In this document: piece by piece, positions 23,066 through 34,979 of the stretch | Layout: each line of letters starts with the position of its first letter | Numbering within the stretch: the first letter of the stretch is position 1 | NCBI GenBank assembly: GCA_000004985.1 | Contig: GG738861.1 | DNA length: 64,000 nt | DNA from: Naegleria gruberi | Taxonomy: Eukaryota | Strand: one strand, 5' to 3' | Position numbers and translations under genes: made by a program | The notes under the pieces: generated by a model | The model's database searches: none | Seen by the model: only the letters and a program-made list of their open reading frames with translations | Told to the model about the DNA's origin: nothing

Positions 23066-24751
23066 TTATTTTACTTTTTTGTTTTTTTTCAAATCAGAAA
23101 CAATTGATTTGATATGTTCTTTCAAATCAAATTCCAATGTTTGGAAACTCTTGATTCCTGTATCATAACTAATCTCAGCAACATATGATGAAAGTGGAAA
23201 CTTCCTAATATAGTCTCTTAATAAGAAAGCAAGTGGATTGGCTGGAATACTTTCAACGTTATGAACGAATAGAAACAATGTAGGTTGTGGAACTGGTAAT
23301 TTCCTTTCAAATTCTTTCCAATCAACAAACGAAATGTCTTCCTCCAATCTTCTAATTCCAACATTTTTCATTACAATATTCATGTCATACTTTTCTCCCA
23401 TATTGCTAGTAAATTGAACATTTGGAATAATATCTCCTAAAAATTCCAATAACTCTTCTTGATTGTCATGATTGTGTCCTTGTCCGAAAATGGAAATTTT
23501 GGCATTGATTACAAAATCAAGTTTTGAATCTCTTTGAGGTTTGGCATCTGCTAAGATATTTCCCTGCTGAGAATTAGTACCAGATTGGCTACATTGGCAT
23601 TTTCTTATCAATGGAGCAACAGGTTTTTCCACATATCTAATGGTGCTTTCTGAAGGAATCACTCTGAATAACACAATTGCTATTAAGGCAACAAGAATAC
23701 AAAAGAACCACATTATTCTATTGGTAAATTTGGAAAAATTATCCTTGGATTCTTGTAATTGTTTCCTGATTTCTGCAATGGCTTTGAGATTTTCATCAAT
23801 GTTATTGAACTTTTCTTTTGAGTTCTCAACAAGAGTCTTAACACTTTCTATTTCGGTTGATAAAGATTCTGAACTATTATTCAATGCTTGTTGTGATTCT
23901 AATGCTTTAGTCTCGATATCATTAGAAATCTTTAGAATCTGTTTCTCCAAGTTCAATGCTGAATTCTCAATCTTGTCAGAAATTTCTCTTTTAACCTCAT
24001 TTGCAATCAATTCTTGATTATCTTTAAATTCTTTCGATTGTCTAACCAACTTGTCTTGTAATTGATCTTCTAACTTGGAAACATGCTGTAAAATAACATC
24101 TTCAGAAGCTTGAATCTTTCCCGTAAACTTGTTTGATAGAGAGCTCTCTATATTTTCAATTTCCTTCTTCAAATTATTTTCTACATCTTTCACATTTGTA
24201 GAAATTTGAATTTGTTCTTGTTCAATTTTCTGTTTCAACCCATCAAATGCCACACTGACATGCTCCATGACAGCATGTTCTGATTTTTCCATCTTTTCAT
24301 CAACTCTTCTCTCCAGTTTTTCCTTTTCATGTTGCAGTTCATCAAATGATGGATATTGATCTTCCAATTGGTCAACTTGGTCTTTAAGAGATTCAATCTG
24401 TTCTGAGCGAGCAATGCACAGTTCAACTTTCGAATTCAGTTTTTGATAATTTTCCTCCAACAAGGTTGAAGAAGGAGATTGGTTAGTTTCCTCTTCAACG
24501 TTGTTAGATGAACTTGATTCAACTGGTTTAGTTTCGGTTTCTTCTTCAGAATACTCTACTCTTTCGAATGAATCTTCTTTGATTGGTGAGTCTGCAGATT
24601 GTGAATCTTGATTGGAATTAGCTTGCACCATTTTTTTTATAGTTTCTAAACGTGATTTACCCACTTGCATAATGACATGTTGTTTTGGCAGATGACAAAT
24701 TGATTGATCATCACGTTTGAGTTCATGTAAAATTGGAGCTTGATTAAACAT
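23066..24751 (-). CDS. Coiled-coil protein with a single TM helix and a C-terminal globular domain
   Basis: Long heptad-like E/K/Q-rich segment, then 'IMWFFCILVALIAIVLF', then about 200 aa of non-repetitive sequence. The ORF-track start is GTG; ATG is at 24751 (MFNQAP...). Confidence 0.5.
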   Translation of the reverse strand: MFNQAPILHELKRDDQSICHLPKQHVIMQVGKSRLETIKKMVQANSNQDSQSADSPIKEDSFERVEYSEEETETKPVESSSSNNVEEETNQSPSSTLLEENYQKLNSKVELCIARSEQIESLKDQVDQLEDQYPSFDELQHEKEKLERRVDEKMEKSEHAVMEHVSVAFDGLKQKIEQEQIQISTNVKDVENNLKKEIENIESSLSNKFTGKIQASEDVILQHVSKLEDQLQDKLVRQSKEFKDNQELIANEVKREISDKIENSALNLEKQILKISNDIETKALESQQALNNSSESLSTEIESVKTLVENSKEKFNNIDENLKAIAEIRKQLQESKDNFSKFTNRIMWFFCILVALIAIVLFRVIPSESTIRYVEKPVAPLIRKCQCSQSGTNSQQGNILADAKPQRDSKLDFVINAKISIFGQGHNHDNQEELLEFLGDIIPNVQFTSNMGEKYDMNIVMKNVGIRRLEEDISFVDWKEFERKLPVPQPTLFLFVHNVESIPANPLAFLLRDYIRKFPLSSYVAEISYDTGIKSFQTLEFDLKEHIKSIVSDLKKNKKVK

Positions 24752-24776
24752 CACGTTTACCACACACTTTAAAAAA

Positions 24777-26312
24777 ATGGAACCTAAACATCTTGGACAT
24801 ATTGCCTTCTTGTTTATTTTCAGTGGTTTGCTTGTATGGCTTGTATTTTATTCGAAACTATTAGCCAGAGTGCCAGACGACCTTTCCTGTTTGAAAATAC
24901 ACGACTATCACATCAAGAGAGAAAAGTACTTATTGTCATCTCCATTAAAAGTTGGATTTAAACTTCATTCATCAGGTTGCATCACAGAATATACGCACAG
25001 CAATTGTCTTGTCATTCTTTCACAAACTAAACATTCGAATGGAACTAGTTCAGATTATTATTTGAAATCTCAACAAGGAATTACAATTACAAAGAAATCA
25101 ATTCAAAATAATGAATTCCAAATAGAAATTACTCCAGTTCATCATGACCATTCAAATGTCGATAAATTACCAAAACAATTGAACTTGGATTTGACATGTA
25201 ATTCCAAAAATATTGAAAGTGTAACTATTCCTCTATCCACACAAATATTTTCCGAGCAAGTATTCAAAGCATATAGAAAGAATAATCCAGAACTCAATCA
25301 TGTTAACATTCTAATTGCTGGAAATGTTGGATCTGGTAAAAGTACTCTTGTCAACTCGTTCTATACTTGTGTGACAGATCGTGTCAAGTTTACAGTTCCT
25401 GCTCTAGTCAATAACAATCACACCACAATTGAACTAAACAAATTGAGATTGAATGTGATGGATTATTCAACAGATAGTTCAATTACTTCGAATATTACCA
25501 TTCTGGACACTGTCGGCATTACAAAATATAATTACAATTCGAAAGAGGCAATTGAATTGATTTTATCAGGTGAAAATCCGAATATTTACCTTGAAGGAAA
25601 TATTAAGAGATCAGAAATTGATATCAAGCTTCTTGAGGAAAGACTGCGAGAGTTGGCAATTGTATTCGAATTGAAAACTATGAGTACTGAAGAGGAATAT
25701 TTGTTAAATCTCTTTTTTGCACACAATACGCCAGAACATCAACAAAAGTTACAGAACTATGTCAAGAATAATGATTGGAATTCGTATATTGAAAAGAGAA
25801 AGAAAGAAATTAAATTTAAAAAGGATAATTTGGATAAGTTGGCTGATTTGGAGCTTGAATATAATACCAAAGATGCAATTGTTAAACAAAATAAGGTTTT
25901 ACTAAATACAGAAAAGGAAAAATTTGAAAAAGGACTTGCCAACAAGAAGATGGACAATAAGATTAACAATAAGGTTCATGCTATTGTCCTGCTCGTTTCT
26001 CAACCATCAATAGATTCAGATCATTTACTTCAGGATAGTATTAAGAATTTCATTAAGGAAATTTCCATTCATGGAATTTATCCCATTATTGGTGTGACTC
26101 ATCTCTCAACCAATAATGAAAGTATAGTTATTGAAACTGTTAAGAAATCTTTAGGATTTGATGCCAACAATATATTCCTTGTACCATTCAATACCAATAA
26201 GGAGAAGAATTTTGAAGTTGACAAGAAAATACTATCTCTCTTACTTGAAGCAATCACAAGAGGCAACGATTTTAAAGAACAACGAAGAAGTCAAGTTAAA
26301 GATGAATTGTAA
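24777..26312 (+). CDS. Membrane-anchored P-loop GTPase, AIG1/GIMAP-like, with a coiled-coil insert
   Basis: N-terminal TM helix (IAFLFIFSGLLVWLVF). Walker A 'GNVGSGKST'. G3 'ILDTVGI'. After an insert of about 150 aa rich in coiled coil, 'HAIVLLVSQPS...IIGVTHLS' resembles the AIG1 conserved box. Transcribed divergently from the 23066-24751 gene with a 25-bp gap. Confidence 0.45.
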   Translation: MEPKHLGHIAFLFIFSGLLVWLVFYSKLLARVPDDLSCLKIHDYHIKREKYLLSSPLKVGFKLHSSGCITEYTHSNCLVILSQTKHSNGTSSDYYLKSQQGITITKKSIQNNEFQIEITPVHHDHSNVDKLPKQLNLDLTCNSKNIESVTIPLSTQIFSEQVFKAYRKNNPELNHVNILIAGNVGSGKSTLVNSFYTCVTDRVKFTVPALVNNNHTTIELNKLRLNVMDYSTDSSITSNITILDTVGITKYNYNSKEAIELILSGENPNIYLEGNIKRSEIDIKLLEERLRELAIVFELKTMSTEEEYLLNLFFAHNTPEHQQKLQNYVKNNDWNSYIEKRKKEIKFKKDNLDKLADLELEYNTKDAIVKQNKVLLNTEKEKFEKGLANKKMDNKINNKVHAIVLLVSQPSIDSDHLLQDSIKNFIKEISIHGIYPIIGVTHLSTNNESIVIETVKKSLGFDANNIFLVPFNTNKEKNFEVDKKILSLLLEAITRGNDFKEQRRSQVKDEL

Positions 26313-26344
26313 TCAAAAGAATTTACAGTTTACAATTAAAAAAA

Positions 26345-26974
26345 ATGCAAGAATTTGATCAAACACAATTTTTCATCATTTCATCAAAAACTAAATTAAT
26401 TTCCTTGAAAAATTCAATTAACCTCGGAGAGAGCATTAAAATTGAAAATGTAAATTGTTTGGAGTTTTGTAATTGCCTCTCCGTTCATTCCGATGATCAT
26501 CAAATTGATGAGAAAAATTCAATCGTAAAATGTTGGAATTTATTTAATAATAATTTACAAATGGAAATCTTACTGGCTAACAAATCGTTATGGTGTTGCA
26601 ACTATGTGATTGGATTGAATGAGAATTTTATTAGAATTGACAAACAACTCACCCAAGTGAGTAGTGATGAGAGGGAGGAGGAATCCTTGCTTGTTAATTC
26701 AACCCGTATTGAATCTGGCCACTCAATACTGTGTCAAGATGGATTGGAGTATGCAGAGTGTGCTGGTGAACTAAGATTGAAGTATTTGGGGAAGGAATCA
26801 AATCATGCTTTATTTGAAATTGTATCAATTAATTTACAGAGCTCTTTCTTTGCATTTCCTGATGAGAGATTTCTAAAAGCATGGGAACGATTCAATATTG
26901 ATGGAAAGAGACTATACAAGACTAATTATTGGGAAATGAAAGGAAGAGCAGAGAAACATAAATATTTGAAATGA
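26345..26974 (+). CDS. Hypothetical protein
   Basis: A 630-nt ATG-initiated ORF with ordinary composition. No homology recognised. Confidence 0.35.
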   Translation: MQEFDQTQFFIISSKTKLISLKNSINLGESIKIENVNCLEFCNCLSVHSDDHQIDEKNSIVKCWNLFNNNLQMEILLANKSLWCCNYVIGLNENFIRIDKQLTQVSSDEREEESLLVNSTRIESGHSILCQDGLEYAECAGELRLKYLGKESNHALFEIVSINLQSSFFAFPDERFLKAWERFNIDGKRLYKTNYWEMKGRAEKHKYLK

Positions 26975-26975
26975 A

Positions 26976-28232
26976 TTATTGTGGACTACCTTCAACAAAT
27001 TTGTGATTCTTCCAATCACTGACCATATTATGAATGACACTCAAAATTTGCATCTTGTAATCGTTGGATGAATCTTCAATTTCCATTTTAGAGAATTTAT
27101 CACTATTGAGAACACATGGCTTCCAAATTCCATCAACACCACTTCTTACAGCGTAAATACCTTCTCCACACTTGTCTGCAAATCTACATCCATTACAATA
27201 ATCAGTCATTAATCTTCCTCTGCCAATATTCTTGATTTCAACTTTGTGATCTGAGGCATCATTGGTTTTGTAAATATTGACACGACCTCCAAAACCTTCA
27301 CGAGTTCCACAAACTTGTACACCATTATTTTCCATCAAATCTTCCAACCACTTTGGATTTGTCCATGATTTTTCTTCATCTGGATTACAATATTGAGATT
27401 TATCCAAATTAGATCTAATAAGGGAAATTACTTTCAAATCAATCTTATTAGGAAGAGCAAATTTCAAAACATTTTCAAATTCATCCTTATTGTAATCTCC
27501 CAAACTATAATTAATTTGAACTCTATAGCCATGCTCTTTCAATAGGACCATATTTTTCATTACTTGTTCAGCACCTGCATTAATTCCAAGATATTTCTTG
27601 AAATCAGATTCTCTAGTTGTGTGCAATGAGGCATAAATTGCATCAACTTGTGGAACTTTAGGCGCTCTCAACAATCTCTCAGCAAGAAGCACATTTGAAT
27701 TGAGAACAACTATTTCCAAAACAGTTCATGATAATTACATTTTCACACAAAACAATTTGTACATACCTCTAGTATTCTTCTTATCAATTGATTTTAACAC
27801 ATCAACAATATCCTTTCTCACCAATGGTTCTCCTCCTGTAATATTCAATTGAGTACCACCAAGATCACAAAAATCATTCATCATTCTAACCAATTCTCCA
27901 ACCGGAAATGGTTCCTTTCCTTGTTTTTTAATTGGTGTTTTATCACCCAATGAACGTGGATTTTCCATTCCTTCATTATGACAGAAAAAACAGTTCATAT
28001 TACAAGTATTCACAACAGCCACTCTAAACTTGGCATTCAACTTGTTGTAAATTTCAAAGGAATCCAAATATTCTTGTGGATATTTACCAACATGTTTATT
28101 ATTGGTACTATTAGTGGAATATGACATTGTATTATTGAATTGATGAGATAGAACAGCTGATGTAGCTGAGGAGGATGCCGATCTATGCAAAGATGCAGCT
28201 GCTGATGCGAAATTACAAATAGCTCTCTTCAT
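26976..28232 (-). CDS. Radical-SAM enzyme, MoaA-like, with an N-terminal presequence. Two exons: 28232-27767 and 27709-26976
   Basis: 'CNMNCFFC' is the CX3CX2C 4Fe-4S/SAM motif. 'ITGGEPLVRKDIVDVL' follows (MoaA 'TGGEPLLRKD'). The N-terminus 'MKRAICNFASAAASLHRSASS' looks like a mitochondrial targeting sequence. A C-terminal Cys cluster 'CNGCRFADKCGEG' is present. A 57-nt GTATGT...AATAG intron joins in frame (VVLNSNVLLAERLL...). Confidence 0.65.
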
Positions 28233-28484
28233 TGTTGTGAATATTTTTTTTGGTTGATGTTGAAATGCTTTCTAGCTCAAACTTTTATTTGGTAGTTGTT
28301 GCGAAGTTCTGTGATCATACAAGTAGGTCATTTTGTAAACAAAATAATTTTGATTGAGGCCTTGCTTGAGCAATGCAGAGTTGAAGTGTGAACATTTATT
28401 AATTTGTCGTAGTATTGTAATAGTTTAATAGTTTAATAGTATTAAATTGTACATATTTATTACAATTTAAATATTCAAAAAAAA

Positions 28485-28925
28485 ATGGGAAGAACCAAGC
28501 AAAGAGCCCGCAAAAACATGGGAAAAGGATGGTCCCAGAAACTCAAAGAGAAGGAACTAGCTGCTAAGGGTGGTGGCGGTGCAAGTAATAATAATACAAC
28601 TGAAGAAGAAGTTCAACCATCATCATCGGAACAACAATTAAATAATAATAATATTAATAATAATAATACATCATCAACACCTCAACAACATGATGTTGAT
28701 AATAAGAAGAAGAGAAAGGGAACAGAAAACAAGAAACAAAATAAGCAGAAGAAGAAAAAGATGGACGCCAAAAAGCAAGATCTTAAAAAGGAAAATAAAG
28801 CAGCTGATGAGAAGAAGGAAGTAAAGGAAGTAAAGGAAGATGGAGAACAGGTTGAAATTAAAACAACAAGTACAGATGGAAAAACTAAGGATGAAGAAAA
28901 ACAAGAACCTGAAAGTACAGAGTAA
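28485..28925 (+). CDS. Lys/Glu-rich low-complexity basic protein (nucleolar-type)
   Basis: 146 aa with a poly-N/K/E bias and KKKRK-type basic clusters. Weak evidence for a real gene. Confidence 0.4.
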   Translation: MGRTKQRARKNMGKGWSQKLKEKELAAKGGGGASNNNTTEEEVQPSSSEQQLNNNNINNNNTSSTPQQHDVDNKKKRKGTENKKQNKQKKKKMDAKKQDLKKENKAADEKKEVKEVKEDGEQVEIKTTSTDGKTKDEEKQEPESTE

Positions 28926-29085
28926 ATATTAAAGAAAGAATTATCATCGGAATTTGAATTTGATATTTTGAATGTTGGAATTTAATCTTCAAGTTTTAAA
29001 CACATCATGAGTTATTTACAATGAACTAGATATTAATAAGATATCTGAGGAAAAGAGAATGTTAACTATGTGAAATTGGAAATAT

Positions 29086-31453
29086 TTAATCATCTTTTTT
29101 ACAACATTTGATTTTTTGTGTAATTTCATGATATTTCAACAGAATCCATTGAATAATTCTCTCTCCTTGATATTTAATACTAAAACATAGAGAATCTGGA
29201 CATGATTGCCAAATGACCAAAGCACCAATGAAATAGAAAACAAAGGCAAAACTCAAAATCATGGAAATGTAAAAATTATCCAACTCTCTCACATATCCCT
29301 TCAATGAAATTGACTTTTCAAACATGTTATTATAGTGAGCAATTTCATGAACATAGAGCAATTCATTGAGATATCTCAAAAATGATAAATAAGGTAAAAA
29401 TGGAAATGGTAATGGCATTCCAGAAAGTTCTGGAAGTGAAGGAGTCAAACCAGCAAACATGTAATTAATAAAAATAAATACTACACAAGTAATTTGTGCA
29501 ACACTTTCACTTAATAGAGTTGAAATGATATATCCAATTGGAAATGTTGTAAACATTGCTAAAAATGTAAATGAAAAATAGAATCCAAATGTTTCTCTTG
29601 GTTTTACAATGAAATAAAAAGCCAATGTAAAGAATAAAGCATCAAGTACAATGTAAATCAATGAATAGATGCATTTGGTAAAATAATATACCATGGTGTT
29701 AATTCCACTTTCAATTTCCCTTTTTCGGAAATTAACTTTCTCAGCACCAAATATTTTCAATGAACTCATAATTGATGTCAAGCTCATGGCCAAAACAAGA
29801 GTTCCAGTAAATCCTGTAATACTATCAACATTTGGTTGTCCACAAATTTCTTTCATTTGAGATGGACATGAATCGTATATGGATTTAGAACTTTGTCCTT
29901 GGAAAACTAAATTTCCAGAAAATAAAGCAGCAATAATGAAACCACCAATAGCATTTAAAATTAAATCACCCAATAAGGTAGTCAATTGGTGAATAGTTTG
30001 TAAGAAACATCTCAATAAACATGCAACAGCTTGAACATAGAATGGCACATGACGTATTACAATATTGCTATTACTGTTTCCAATATTAGTAGTAAAGCTA
30101 TTACTAGAATTAGCAGCAATATCACTGGTAGCTAAAAGTTCTTGTTGTGATTGACTGCCATTAGTTATTGCCATCACATTCGAAAGTGAACAAATAAAAT
30201 TATACTTATTATTCGACATACCATCCACTAAAAATAGAAAATTAAATTCCAAATAGGAAATTTCCATAAATGTAAAATTAAAAAATAATTTTGTTTAATT
30301 CTTACCTCTTTCCCATGACTGCAGTAAATGATTTTGCAGGAATAAAACCTGAAACATTTTTCAATAATGTTCTTTTTGGTCCACTCACTTTAAGATTTTT
30401 AAAAACAATATTAACACCTGAAGGTTTTTCAGACTTTCCAAAATAGGTAACTATGGAAAGCCAAGAAAATAAAAATTCCTGATAATTCACTGGATCAAAA
30501 TTAGAAATTGATTCATGAATATAAAAACAAGCCACACAACATATAATAATCTGCACCACTGTAATCCAAAATATTTTTAACATGTCATTTAAAATTGAAG
30601 TTTGAGAATCGTCGACAAGTAAGTGAAATAGTCCACTAATATTCTTGACAGATTCAAAATTTGATGTTTTAATTCTAATGGCAATAGTATAAGTTTGATT
30701 AAATATTTGACTAGTATTAGTACTAGTTGTTGTGAGGGTAGTGTTTGTAATAGTTAATGTTCCATTATTGGTAGTATTATTTCCATTTTTGGTATTATTT
30801 AAAATAATTGTTTGATTATATTGAGTAATAATTGTTTGATTATTTCTAAAATCATTACTAGTCAACCGCCATTGTTTTGTAAAAAATCCTGAATAAGTTT
30901 TTTCCACATTTGTAACATCTGGTGTATAATAATCCAAACTTCCATTTATAGATTGATTATATTGCTGAAATAATGAATAATCCTTGAAAAATATTAAATT
31001 AGTTTCCACATTCATTGCATATAAAAATAGCAATACATTTGAATCACTTGGTTTCGTCTTGTTTATCACAGTTTCTAATACATTCGTCTTGTTTCTATCC
31101 AATGGATTAATTCTCACTTGTTTAAACCAAAAATTTCTAGTAGAATTATTGGTAATATCAGAAAAGGAAACACTTTCGATATTTCTAGAAAATTCCCTAA
31201 CTTTTTCCATTGAAACATTAATAATAATTAGAGAGGCAATTAAATTAAATGTGAAAAAGAAAAGAACGAGAATTGTGAGAAACCAAAATGATTTCACAAT
31301 TGTTAGAAACCAGTATGAATTATTCGAAACTACTTTCTGGAAGAGAACTTTTCTATTTTGAAAAATGGCATTGATGATGGCTAGCAGTGGTGCAATCAGT
31401 GCACATGTGAAGAAAATAACGAGGGAGATGGAGGTTAGTGCATCCCACAACAT
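29086..31453 (-). CDS. ABCG-type paralog that lacks the nucleotide-binding-domain core (N-terminal TM/loop module plus ABC2-type TMD only)
   Basis: Exon 1 (31453-30306) encodes TM, a glycosylated loop, TM, then 'VSGFIPAKSFTAVMGKR', which stops just inside Walker A. A 79-nt GTAAG...TTTTTAG intron (30305-30228) leads directly into the six-TM ABC2 domain (30227-29086), which is paralogous to the neighbour's TMD ('AEKVNFRKREIESGINTMVYYF' versus 'REKLNFDRESQSGLNSLVYFIV'). No Q-loop, LSGGQ or Walker B anywhere. With these splice sites the join is out of phase by 1 nt. Confidence 0.55.
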
Positions 31454-31924
31454 GTTGTTTCGAATAGAGAGTGAAGAGTGCGTTTTTTTTAATGATGATA
31501 TGTATTAAAATTAATTGGTGCAATGTTTAGTTGACACCTTCTTGTTGTTAACTGTTGATACTATCACGTTTTAAATTGGTGCACAAACAGATTCTTATTC
31601 GAATGTCAATATCAAAAAGGCCAGTTTCTAATAAAAATATGAAGAAATTATTGAACCGTTCAATGTTATTTTGTATACTAGTTCTAAATGTATCAAGAAA
31701 TCAAAATGTGAAAAGGCATGTCAATTTAAAGATGCAACACTTCAGGTAAAAACGTGATCACAATAATATCACGTTTTGATTTCCAACAACAACAGTAACT
31801 GCATCATCAATATTGAACACAAAGACCAACAAGAAGAAGGTGTCAACCTAACTTTCAAAATGTTATTCTAAACAATATTCGAACATGTCACTATTAGTGT
31901 TCATATCAATATTATAAAAAAAAA

Positions 31925-34848
31925 ATGACATATTACTATCAATCAAATTCCAAGCGGTGTGGTACCATCCTAGCCGTTCTCTTTGTCCTCTCCATTTATG
32001 CCATGTTTGCCATTGCCACCATTGTTTTCATTCTCGTTCAATGTATTTCTATTGGAAACTCTGCTCAACAATTTAACTTTAACATTACCGAGTCAATGTT
32101 TCAATCAGCCCTAACATGTGAAGAAAAATGGTTTCTCATCAAGGAAACTCAACAACCAATCAGAACTTGTTACATTCAGAGAACTTATCAAGTCAATTCG
32201 TCCCTCCTGATTGGTGATGAACATTTGGTGAGTGTTTTTTACTCGAGTGCAGTACCATTTGATTTGTATTATTTCAAGGGAGTGGTGGCATTTTCATTGT
32301 TTAATGCTAGTGGAGTTATTGATCCATTTTCTGTGAATTATTTTCTATCGACAAGAGTGAGATCTGGTTTTAAACAATTGGATTTGTCATTGAAGGATGA
32401 TTTGGAGATTCCTGTACCGTTTTTAATACCTGGAATGGATTTGCCATCGACAGAGGGTCTTCAATTTGCTGTTCGATTGTATACTTTTAATGATAATAGT
32501 ACTACTAATTATGGAAAATTTAAAAATAATTTACCTTCCAAAAATAGTAGTTTGGATACCATTACAGAATTGGAATTAAAAGACAGATATGTGCCATTAT
32601 CTGAAATTACATTCCCTCTCTCCATTTCCCTTTCATACTATATAGAAACAAGCTCAATGGAGAAGAGTATTTACATTCTCGTCTCCATTCTCTGTCTCTT
32701 CCTATTATTCCTCTTCACATTAACTTGCATGACAAGATTTAAACGATTGGTTTCTTCCAGTGGTGAATTAATTGATTTTCTACCAATTACCTTACAGAGA
32801 GTATTCAGAATTTATAGTAATAGAACAAATGATTTTGATTTTTGGATTCAATTTAATGATTTGTCATTTAAGAGTTTTGAGACAGCTGAAGATTCACTCT
32901 CTTTGAAAACTATATTACATCCTGTGAGTGGAGTTATTCCTCCTGGAAGTTTTGTTGCCATTATGGGTGAAAGTGGAAGGTTTGTAAATTATTTTTTTAA
33001 CACTTTACAAAATATTATTCATATTATTTATTGAAATATTAATATAGTGGTAAAACAACATTTATTAATTGTCTAACCAAACGTATAACAGGTGGTATTT
33101 CCAAAGGTACTGTTTCCATATCAGGATTTAAGGTAGATTCTGAATCAATGAAGAGACTTTTTGCAGTTGTTCCACAATCAGATATTATCCATCCATTCAT
33201 GACACCAAAACAATCTTTTTTGGTTAGTTCCATGATTAAAAATGTTGGTGCAAGTCATTCCAAGATTGTCGAAACTGTTTTGGAAGTTTTACAATTGGAA
33301 CAACATGCAAATACTTTGAATGAGAAATTGAGTGGTGGTCAAAAGAAGAGAGTTAACATTGGTTTGGAATTGGTTACCATTCCTAAAATTCTCATTTTGG
33401 TAAGTAATTTATTTTTGTAATATTTTTACAATAATATTTAATAATATTTAAATATTGCATTTAATATGAAATATTGAAAACAATTTAAATAGGATGAACC
33501 TACTACTGGTCTAGATGTTACCACAGCCAATGAATTATGTCGCTCACTAAGAGATTTTGCCACTTACAAGCAAAACAAAACTGTCATGGCTGTCATCCAT
33601 CAACCTTCCTTAACTGCCTTTAATTGTTTCACACATTTAATGCTATTCAAAGAAGGCAAATTATTAAGATTCGACTCGCTTGACAGAATCAAACATGAAA
33701 TTGCCAGCAACCATCAATACTATATTAGTCCCGACAATATCTCCGCCGACCAAGTCATGCAATATATTTATTCGAAACATGAAAAGAATCACTTTGTCCT
33801 TTCTCAATATTCAAGTCCACATGCTGCCAAAATCTATCCTCAATCAGTTTCTACCTTCCTCGTCCAATCCCTTGCAATCATGTACAGAACTTTCATTCAA
33901 ATGAGAATTGATTGGTTCTATTTCATTGTTGACATTCTTTTGAATGCAGTTGCAGGTTTATTAATTGGAATTCTATTTGTGAATAATAGAAATCATTTAT
34001 ATGTTGGATCACCTAATAAGGATATTGCTTTAAATTGTCCAGTTGAAAAGATGTTACAATGCTCATCACCACAAATGGATCATATTTCATCAGTGACTAG
34101 TTTACTAGTTTTGGGAATTAGTTTAACATCTTCAATGAGTGCTTTGAGAGTTTTTGGAAGAGAAAAGTTGAATTTTGATAGAGAATCTCAATCTGGTTTG
34201 AATTCACTTGTTTATTTTATTGTAAAGGATGTGTTGGCATTCTCTCAGATGGTTTTGGTTTCTTTATCTTTTACTAGTTTGTTTTATTTGATGGTATTGC
34301 CAAATATGGATTTTGGATTTTATTTTGGAATATTACTATGTTTATCAATTATTAGTTTTCCAATTGGATATAGTATTTCAATAATATTAAGAGATGAATT
34401 AACACAAATTACAACAGCAGTTGTTATATTCCTGTTTTATATGTTTTCAGGAGCTTCTGTTAGTTTACCATCACTCAGTGATATGAGTCAACCATTTCCT
34501 TTATTACCATATATATCCTATATTAGATATATTAGGGAAATTTTATTTGTTTATGAACTAAATACCAATGCAAATGATTATTACATTAATAAGAGTTTAA
34601 ATCAATTGGGTTATTCATGGAATAACAAATGGTTTTTATTTATCATTTGTTCTGTATTTGCAATTGGTTTGAGATGTATTGCTTATTTACTTTTATGGCA
34701 ATCGAGACCTCAATCATTTACAAAGAGAATTTCAAATCTTTGTACTTCATTGTGGAAGGTTATGAAACAACCATTCGATTTGGTCATTTCAAAAGTTAAG
34801 GAATTAATTAAGAAAATGTTAAAAAAAATGTGTTGCTGTTTTAAATAA
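31925..34848 (+). CDS. ABCG-family half transporter with an extra N-terminal TM/glycosylated-loop module. Three exons: 31925-32979, 33048-33399 and 33493-34848
   Basis: Walker A 'GESGSGKTT' is split by intron 1. Signature 'LSGGQKKRV'. Walker B 'ILILDEPTTGLD' is split by intron 2. H-loop 'MAVIHQPS'. An ABC2-type six-TM domain follows. The N-terminal ~350 aa has TM, an N-glycosylation-rich loop and a second TM. Confidence 0.8.
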
Positions 34849-34979
34849 ATTTTAAATTATTTTAATTCAATTCATTTTAAATAAATTAATAATACTTCTA
34901 TTTTGTTTTAATAATATTAAATAATAAAATTAACAAAATTAATGCAAAAGTATTTAAAATAATTGAAATTTTATTTTTA

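Noticed and set aside
28674-28904. Antisense 76-aa ORF (poly-Leu/Phe) inside the Lys-rich gene, and many other 60-100-aa ORFs nested in or antisense to large genes (e.g. 736-975, 962-1162, 2013-2498, 6986-7180, 16638-17006, 36826-37081)
   Set aside because: These are by-products of the AT-rich, low-complexity composition: they are antisense to well-supported genes and have no ATG context.
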